Positions 34,401-42,489 of a stretch of 64,000 nucleotides of DNA are shown in pieces; position 1 is the first letter of the stretch; each line of letters starts with the position of its first letter. The notes under the pieces are model-generated. The model saw only the letters and a list, made by a program, of their open reading frames with translations, searched no databases and had not been told where the DNA came from. This DNA comes from Flectonema sp. DT1601 (Eukaryota), in the NCBI GenBank assembly GCA_964019425.1, contig OZ025795.1, forward strand, positions 558,001-622,000, in the 5' to 3' direction. The translations under genes and the position numbers were made by a program.

Positions 34401-37400
34401 GTCAACTTACTCTTATCAAAGCAATGGGTCAACCACCAGAAGGAATAAAAATGATCATGTCTGGGGTGTGCATCATGCTCGGAGAAACCGTCAGAGCAAG
34501 AAAAGATGCGACTGGAAAAATGCAAAACGAACTCGACCTCTATTGGGATGTTTGTAAAAAGAAAGTTCTTTGTGACCTGACAAAGTTTCAAAGTACTATG
34601 ATCGGTTTCGCTGAAAAGATTGAACGAGAAGAAGAAAAAGGAATTGAACAACGAATTGATATGATTCAAAAGAACTATCTCAAAAAGAAAGAATTCTGCG
34701 ACATGAAAGTCGTCGAAAAACTCTCCGGATCCCTCGTTGGTATCGTTCAATGGCTGACTGCTTCTGAACTATTCTACAGAGTAAATAGAAAAGTAAAACC
34801 AATGAAGGCACAGCTTGAGTCAGCTCAGTCTGACCTTGCTGTTGCTCAGTCAGATTTAAAAAAGAAACGCGACGCTCTTAAACAAGTTGATGATCGTCTT
34901 GATGCTTTACAACGTGATCTCGATGAGAAGAAAAGACGAGGACAAGAACTAAAAGAACAATACGAAGACACAAGTGCTAAACTAGAACGCGCATTAAAAC
35001 TCGTAAAAGGTCTCGCAGGAGAGAAGATTCGATACATTGAAGAATCAACTCGATTAGGAGATGAGTTCGCAAACCTAATTGGTGACGTTATTCTAGGAGC
35101 AGGTCAGGTTGCCTATCTGGGTCCATTCACATCAAAGTATCGAACTGAACTATTAGACCTTTGGATTAACATGTGTAAAGAAAATAACATCCAAGGAACT
35201 CCTCAATTCAGTTTAGAAAAGTTTCTAGGTGATCCATTAAAGATTCAACAATGGAAGATGGCATCACTTCCAGCTGACTCTTTCAGTATTGACAACGCTG
35301 TTATGATGACCAGCAGTAAGAGATGGTCGTTATTAATAGATCCACAGATGCAGGCAAATAATTTTATAAGAAACCTTGAAAGGGATAACCGTCTGACTTG
35401 TATCAGACCTGAAAGTGATAAAGGATACTTAAAAACTCTTGAGGTAGCTATCCGATCAGGTACTCCCGTCCTGATGGAGAATATTGGTGAAGAGCTAGAT
35501 CCAGTTCTTGAACCTCTTTTGTTAAAACAATTATTTAGAGATGGGTCTGGTTGGTGTGTTTTATTAAACGACACAGCGGTTGAATACAATGATCGATTTC
35601 GTCTTTATATCACAACAAAGATGCCGAGACCTCACTACAAACCAGAAGTATCAACTAAAGTATCAGTCTTAGCCTTTATGATTACACCAGCAGGACTGAC
35701 AGATCAACTTTTAACTAAAGTTGTTTCATTTGAAGAAAAGGAATTAGATGATAAAAAGAAGAAAGCTGTCGAACAGTCTGCTCGTTGTCGTCAGACTCTT
35801 AAAGAGATCGAAGACGACATTTTACATAAATTAACATCAGCAGCAACACCTGACGAGTTGTTGGGTTCTGAAGATGTCATTAAAACACTCGACTATTCAC
35901 AAAAAACATCTGAGGAAGTTAAAAATAAAATGCAAGACATTCAATTAGTAGAACAGCGATTCGAGAAAGTCCAACAAGCATTTCTTCCGGTTGCGATACC
36001 ATCGTCGGCGATGTTTTTTTGCATCGAACAACTCTCTAACATAGATCCGATGTATCAGTATTCATTACAGTTTTATCTTGATTTATTTCAAAAATCGATG
36101 GTGGGATCCAAAGACGCTGATGGTTCTGACGGTCGCGACGACAACGTTACCAGAGCAGCCCGAATAAATGAACACTTCACAAATGCTTTATATAGAAATA
36201 TCTGCAGGTCGTTATTCGCTAAAGATAGGCTCCTGTTATCTTTCACTTTATCAATTCGACTCAACGAACTGGATGTTGGTGATTTACAATTTATTATAAC
36301 CGGTGGTCTTGGTGACACCTCGAGTATGCCTCCGACACCAAGTTGGCTTTCAGAAACTATTTGGAAAACGATTTATAAAACAGAAACTCAAATAGCAGGT
36401 GCCTTCAAGACATTGACACATTCCTTTACTATTCCTGAAGTAGAACAATATTGGAAAGTCTTATATAATCATGCGACACCGCAGGACTTATTAGTTCCAG
36501 GGAGTGAACTGTTCTCAGCGATACCTGAAGAGTATGGACAGGTTACAGACTTACAGAAATTAATGATTCTACGAGCACTTCGTCCTGACAAGATCGTACC
36601 AGCGGTTACGCAATATGTTAAAAATGATCCAAAATTAGGAGAAAATTTCACAGACCCACCCATCTTTAATCTTGAAGAAATCTACAGGGAATGTCCTGAC
36701 CCCTGGACTCCAATGATATTCGTGCTTTCTCCCGGTGCCGATCCCAACACCGAATTGAACATGCTGGCTGAAAAAGAAGGAAAACTCACAAATTTTAAAA
36801 AGCTCTCCCTCGGTCAAGGTCAAGATAAACATGCTAAAGATGCAATGTATAAAGCAAAAGGTGATGGATCATGGGTACTCTTACAGAACTGTCACTTATA
36901 TTCTGATTGGATGCCTGAGATGCAAAGACTAATAGAACAATACAGTGATGAGAACGTCAGAGATGATCCAAAGACTTTAAATCCAGGATTCAGGTTGTGG
37001 TTGACGTCGATGCCGTCTGCAAAGTTCCCTCCGGCTGTGTTGCAGAATGGAATTAAGATGGTTTTAGAACCACCCAAAGGTCTTCGAAGTAATCTTTTAC
37101 GATCCTACACATCTGATCCTATTAATAGTTCACAGTTCTTTAATGGATGTACAAAACCTGCTGAATGGAAAAAACTATTATTCGGACTTTGTTTTTTTCA
37201 TTCACTCATTCAAGAAAGGAGATCATTCGGACCTCTTGGATGGAACATCCCATACGAATTCAACGACACGGATCTGAGAATCTCGATAAGACAGCTTCAG
37301 ATGTTTATAAACGAAGGTCAGGGTGAGATTCCAATTGAAGCTTTAAATTACTTAACATCAGAATGTAACTACGGAGGTCGTGTTACAGATGATCGTGATA

Positions 37401-38563
37401 GACGTTGTTTATCGTGTACTCTAAAAGACTTCTTTGTCGAAGCGATATACTTAGAGGATGAGTACAAGTTCTCTCCAAGTGGAGTATACAAAGCACCAGA
37501 TGATGGTAATTATGAAAGCTATATTGAATATATAAAAAGTCTTCCGCAATCACAAGCTCCAGAAGTTTTTGGTCTTCACGAAAACGCAGACATCACCAGA
37601 GAGGAGTTTGAGACTACTCGACTGTTAGAAGCTGTTTCTTTAACACTTCCAAGGGAAGGTGGAGGTTCAGGGGGTTCAGAAGATCCAAAAATGGTTGTTT
37701 TGGGAGTGGCTAAGCAAATGAAAGAATCTCTGCCGGCTGAATTCGATCTCGAAGCTCTCCTTAAGAAATACCCAACAGACTATAAACAATCAATGAACAC
37801 CGTATTATTTCAAGAATGTGTGAGGTTTAATCGTTTAGTTGCTGTTCTTCACAGCACTCTCGGAGTTCTTCAAAAGGCAATCAGAGGAGAAGTTGTAATG
37901 AGCGGGGAGTTGGAATCAGTGTACACTGCTATAAGAGAAAACAAAGTACCGGTACTTTGGAAAAAGAAATCGTATCCATCCTTGAAACCTCTCGGAAGTT
38001 ATATTGAAGATCTCGTCAGAAGATTAAACTTTTTAGGTGATTGGTTTAAGGATGCAGCTCCACCTCTGTTTTGGCTTCCAGGATTCTTCTTCCCACAAGC
38101 ATTCTTAGCTGGAGTGATGCAGAATTACGCCAGGAGACAAGCATTAGAAATTGATAAGTTAGATTGGGATTTCAAAGTAGAGCACATCGATCCAAATGGT
38201 AAACACGAACCTCCAGAGATAGGAACACTAGTTTATGGTTTATATATGCAAGGTGCTGGGTTCGATCCCGACGCTGGCTTTATAATTGAATCGAAACCGA
38301 AGGAAAACTTTCAACCATTTCCAGTCATGTACATCAAGCCTGTTATGTCAAATGCAACTTCTTGGAAAAGTTTTCCAGAGTCGACGTATAAATGTCCAGT
38401 TTACAGAACAACAGACCGACGTGGGATACTTATGACTACAGGTCATTGTACTAATTATGTTATGCCTTGGTATATTCCTATAGAGACAACCACATTTCCT
38501 GTTAAACCACCTGAGTATTGGGTTAAGAGGGGAACTGCATTGTTCTGCACTCTACCATATTAA
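25466..38563 (+). CDS. Axonemal dynein heavy chain, single-headed inner-arm (DNAH1-like) type; intronless
   Basis: P-loops [24 protein letters not shown] and [59 protein letters not shown] and [10 protein letters not shown]; stalk coiled coil; C-terminal [8 protein letters not shown]. ATG at 25466 follows TTCTTATCAG|G (25445). Confidence 0.97.
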   Translation: [4365 protein letters not shown]

Positions 38564-39040
38564 TTTGTTACACTTTATTTTTTATATTTTGTTTTTTTAG
38601 GATGTCGTTTCTGCGATCGTCCGGATTTCTTTTTTTTTCTTTCTTAAAATGATTCCTCTAAATCCAATGATTTGTGTAAGTGAGAAAAAATATTATCCCG
38701 TTTTCCCCCTTTTTATTCAAAAAAAAAAAAAAAAATTTAAAATTAAAAATTAAATACAACTCCCTTTTCCTTCCTTTTTGATGATTAACTACATTTATTC
38801 CTATCTCTTTTCCTCACCACCATCCAATGTCCCCTTACAAAATATTATTATGTTTCTGTGAATGGATGTTGCTTTGTTTTTTTTAATTGTTTGATATTAA
38901 TTTCTTAAATCCAAATCAGGCAGTTCATCACCATGCGGAGATAATCTTCTCTCTCAATCGCAATAATTTAGTATAAAAAAAAAAGTTTAGTAAAAAAAAA
39001 ATACTCAAATTACTTTGTAAGATCTTATTATTATTTAAAA

Positions 39041-39286
39041 ATGGAATGGTTATTCGGAAAGAAAGAATCAGAACCCGTAAAGAAGGTTCCAACGTGTAAA
39101 ATTTGCTGCGCATGTCCGGAAACCAAATCTGTAAGAGACGACTGCGTTATCAGAAGAGGAGAAGAGAATTGTGCTGAATTTGTAGAGGCTCACTTGAGAT
39201 GTTTAGTTGCTGAGGGTTTTGATGAACAGAAAGTTGATGGCATGAGAACTCAATACTACAAAAGGGTTGCTGAGATGAAAAACTAA
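39041..39286 (+). CDS. COX17: Cytochrome c oxidase copper chaperone COX17
   Basis: KICCACPETKSVRDDC...EENC...EAHLRCL..EGF contains the CC copper site and a twin CX9C motif. Confidence 0.95.
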   Translation: MEWLFGKKESEPVKKVPTCKICCACPETKSVRDDCVIRRGEENCAEFVEAHLRCLVAEGFDEQKVDGMRTQYYKRVAEMKN

Positions 39287-39636
39287 TAAACTTAACTGTG
39301 AAATAAATTCACTCGCCTCTCTTATGTATTCAAGCGGACAAATACAAACAGAGACCCAGTCTTTCTATCGATGGTATCTAAAAAGGGAAGTGGGTGTTAT
39401 GTTTGTGTAGAACGATCGTGTTGTTATTTTCTCTGATGAGAACCAACTCCAAAAAGGAAGACAGAAAGGTGTTCAAAAACTAATGTCATCCGTCAGTCTA
39501 GTGAGTTGTGTGTTCTCATTTTGTACAATAATTCTTTTATCTCAGATCATAGTAATCGTATGAGAGTAGGTCATCTATTAGAGTTGTTAGTACTATTTAA
39601 TTAATCGACATTCTTACATCAGGTGGGTACATAAAC

Positions 39637-41304
39637 ATGTCAGTGAAGTCAAACGATTCAGCTGCCGAGGTGTTGGTTCAGCCGCCAACACCAGCTGGAC
39701 AGTCTCCAGTAGCTGCAGCAGAAAAGGTCCCAGAGATGAGAAAAGAAAATGAGGATGCGACTCCAGCAGAAGCAGCACCTCCTCAGAGATCTGCTTCACC
39801 TACTTTAAGATCTCCTCTTCACAGTCCTGGAATGAAGCCCAACTCTCCTCATGGAAGTCCAATTATGTCAGCCACTGTTTCTTCACAAAGACAAAGTCCA
39901 ATGTTCTCACCGTCAGTTAGGGAAGCTTCTCCTTCACTCTCACCTCACAGCAGGTCTGGACCATCACCTGTTGCTGTACCTGGTGTTCCTCATTCTCCTT
40001 CTGGTGGGTTGTCACCACAAAGGTCACCGCAAAAGTCACCAATTCGTGTTGTGAAATCACCAAACTTGTCGCCAAGGCAATCACCAAGGCAATCACCAAG
40101 GCAATCGCCAAGGCAATCGCCAAGGCAATCACCAAGGCAATCTCCAATGCAACAAATGTCGTCATCATTTCGGGGACCTGTTCAACAACCTCACAGTCCG
40201 ATGGTAGTCGCAGCTGTTAGAACTCCAGTTGACAGCCCTGCTATGTCTCCAACTCTGAGAAGTAACAATCAAGTATCAGCATCACCTATTCATAAACCAA
40301 GACGTGGATCAGTTCTCTCTCAAGGTCATATGTCAGAAAGCTCATCGACAGCAATGATCGCAAACATTGTAAAGGAAAGGGAAGCAGCATCAGCTAGAAA
40401 TCGTATGGCAAGCTCTGGAGCACACCAGAACGAATTAGAAACACTACACGAAGAGACGATGAAAGAAGTCATCGCTTTGGAAGAAACTGTTGCGAGTCTT
40501 CAACACGAAGCAGCTTCTCTTGGTGGTGGTGGTTACGAGGAACGCGTGGCGAGTGGATCAGTTCCACCGAGTAGCGCAGTAAATACTCCAATCGTAGCCT
40601 ATCAGTCTATTCCTATTGTCATCGAAGCCGCTTCAAGAGATGAAGTAGAAGAACTTCGCAAACGTGTTGCAGACCTTCAGTCTCGCAATGAGTCTCTCGA
40701 GCGTCTTCTCCAATCACACAGTAGTGAAGATAAAGCAAAGATAAAAGTTCTTCAAAACGACGCTTCACTCAGAGTAAGGAAGTTGAAAGAAATCGAAGTA
40801 TCATTAAAGAAAGTCAGAACACAATTACGGACAAAACAAAACGAAATAAAGAGACTCAGTACTGCTCTTGATGGAAAACCAAAAGAAATAATTGTTGAAA
40901 AAGTAATTCGAGTTGACAGTCAGGGACCTCCAACACAGGGACAGCCAATGCAGTACCAATCTCCTCCTTCGTATGGTATGAGGGATTGTGGATACCCTGT
41001 TTCGAACTATTCAGCTTCACCAGAGTCATATCACAGACGGGGGAGTAGCCCTATGGCTCGACCAACACCAGCATCCCCTCTCGAGCCTGTTATTGATTAT
41101 GGACTTGTGATTCCACCTGGAATGTTTAATATCAAATCTCAGTCAGATGCGGACCTCATCGCCAAGCATCTAGTCGCACGAGCACAAGTCCGATCATCTG
41201 TTCCTCGTTTAGGAAGTCCCGACGAAGCAACTAAAGCTGCTGCCACAATTCTGTATGACTATGCTCTTTCTCCAAGAGCTTCTAGTCTACGAAGAGTTCG
41301 TTAA
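39637..41304 (+). CDS. Hypothetical Ser/Pro-rich disordered protein with SPRQ repeats and central coiled coil
   Basis: 555-aa ORF after CTTACATCAG|G; dense SP dipeptides; heptad-like region VEELRKRVADLQSRNESLERLL...IKRLSTAL. Confidence 0.8.
   Translation: MSVKSNDSAAEVLVQPPTPAGQSPVAAAEKVPEMRKENEDATPAEAAPPQRSASPTLRSPLHSPGMKPNSPHGSPIMSATVSSQRQSPMFSPSVREASPSLSPHSRSGPSPVAVPGVPHSPSGGLSPQRSPQKSPIRVVKSPNLSPRQSPRQSPRQSPRQSPRQSPRQSPMQQMSSSFRGPVQQPHSPMVVAAVRTPVDSPAMSPTLRSNNQVSASPIHKPRRGSVLSQGHMSESSSTAMIANIVKEREAASARNRMASSGAHQNELETLHEETMKEVIALEETVASLQHEAASLGGGGYEERVASGSVPPSSAVNTPIVAYQSIPIVIEAASRDEVEELRKRVADLQSRNESLERLLQSHSSEDKAKIKVLQNDASLRVRKLKEIEVSLKKVRTQLRTKQNEIKRLSTALDGKPKEIIVEKVIRVDSQGPPTQGQPMQYQSPPSYGMRDCGYPVSNYSASPESYHRRGSSPMARPTPASPLEPVIDYGLVIPPGMFNIKSQSDADLIAKHLVARAQVRSSVPRLGSPDEATKAAATILYDYALSPRASSLRRVR
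40069..40140 (+). repeat. 12-bp coding tandem repeat TC(A/G)CCAAGGCAA x6, encoding (SPRQ)6
   Basis: Directly visible in the sequence. Confidence 0.95.
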
Positions 41305-41795
41305 AATAGTAATCCCGTCTGTGTGACTCGTCTTGCTAAGCGAAAACCCAGAACAGCTCTCAGTGAAAGTACTGTTTTAATATTATAAGGGACCGTAGGC
41401 GATTCACTCGACTTCCATTCCATCTTTTTTTTATGAAATCATAAGTTGCTACTAAGTCGATTCTTTAATTAGGGTTCGATGCTATAGCGCCGGTGAATTG
41501 TCCTTTTTTTTTTTTTTTTTTTTTTTTGCGGTATTCATTCGGTGTGTTTTTAAACACGTTTTTAAGACAGGGACAGCCAGATACCTGACTTTAAGCGGTT
41601 ACATGTTCGCGTCGCAGAAACCACTTCGACCCTTTATAAAAGAATATTATCGGAAAATCGATTTCGTATTTTTGGTTAGTTTACTTTCTCTTTGATCTTC
41701 ACATGCGAGTTTTTTTTTCTTTCCTTCCCAATTACTCTCCTCGATTTCAGTTTTTTTTAGCCACCTAAAAGCGTATCATGTTACCCTTTATGTAA

Positions 41796-42193
41796 CTACC
41801 TGTTGTTGAGAGAATTCCACATGCCATGATAAATCAGAAACTACGTATTCCACAAGTGTATTATGGAACAGCAGAGCAATTGTGTTTTTATAATTTTTAT
41901 TTTTTTATATTTTAATTAAGTGCACTTTTTTTATAATAAACTCATATTCTACCTGTTGTTGAGAGAATTCCACATGCCATGATAAATCAGATCTATTAAT
42001 AAACTGGAATGAAGTCCCTTGGAACTTACTGATGAAGGCCTAAGAGGGACAAGTAGTATAAGATTAAGGCCTGAAACTACGTATTCCGCAGTGTATTATG
42101 GAACAGCAGAACAATTGTGTTTTTATGATGTTTCTTTTTTTTATAATAAACTCATGTTCTACCTGCTTGTTGAGAGAATATCACATGCCGATG
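41796..42193. repeat. Non-coding, internally duplicated repeat element (modules A-B-A-C-B-A)
   Basis: Module A (CTACCTGTTGTTGAGAGAATTCCACATGCCATG..) at 41796, 41949 and 42159. Module B (GAAACTACGTATTCC...ATAATAAACTCAT) at 41837 and 42073. Confidence 0.9.
42018..42090 (+). ncRNA. Candidate (possibly degenerate) type I minimal hammerhead ribozyme
   Basis: CTGATGA (42029-35), AGGCCT/AGGCCT stem II (42036-41 with 42067-72), GAAAC (42073-77), short stem III, GTA (42081-83), then TTCC complementary to GGAA (42021-24). Stem I is interrupted by 4 extra nt. Confidence 0.45.
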
Positions 42194-42489
42194 TGAATTT
42201 GTTATGTAAAGCGAGATTGATATGTCGGAAAAGGTTTGTGCGGTCATTCCTAATCTGATGTCTTTTTTCTTTTTTTTTTTTAAAAAAAAGAAGGAAGAAA
42301 TAATGATATAAATAATGAAACGAAAGCTGATTTGTAACCTGTAACCCAATAACGAAAAAGAAAAAAAAAAAAAAAGAAGAAGAAAAAAACAACCCTTTAA
42401 TTAATGAGTAAGATTAAGTGATATATTGCGATGAGAGATATTAAATTTTATATAGCAATTCTCATCAGGGATATCTTTCTGCTATCAAA

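Noticed and set aside
25428..37077. Numerous short antisense or alternate-frame ORFs within the dynein and other long genes
   Set aside because: Expected shadows of long coding sequences; no motifs recognised.
39433..39490. Second CTGATGA with a GAAC..GTTC stem
   Set aside because: It is followed by AAAAAC rather than GAAAC and has no stem I, so it is likely chance.
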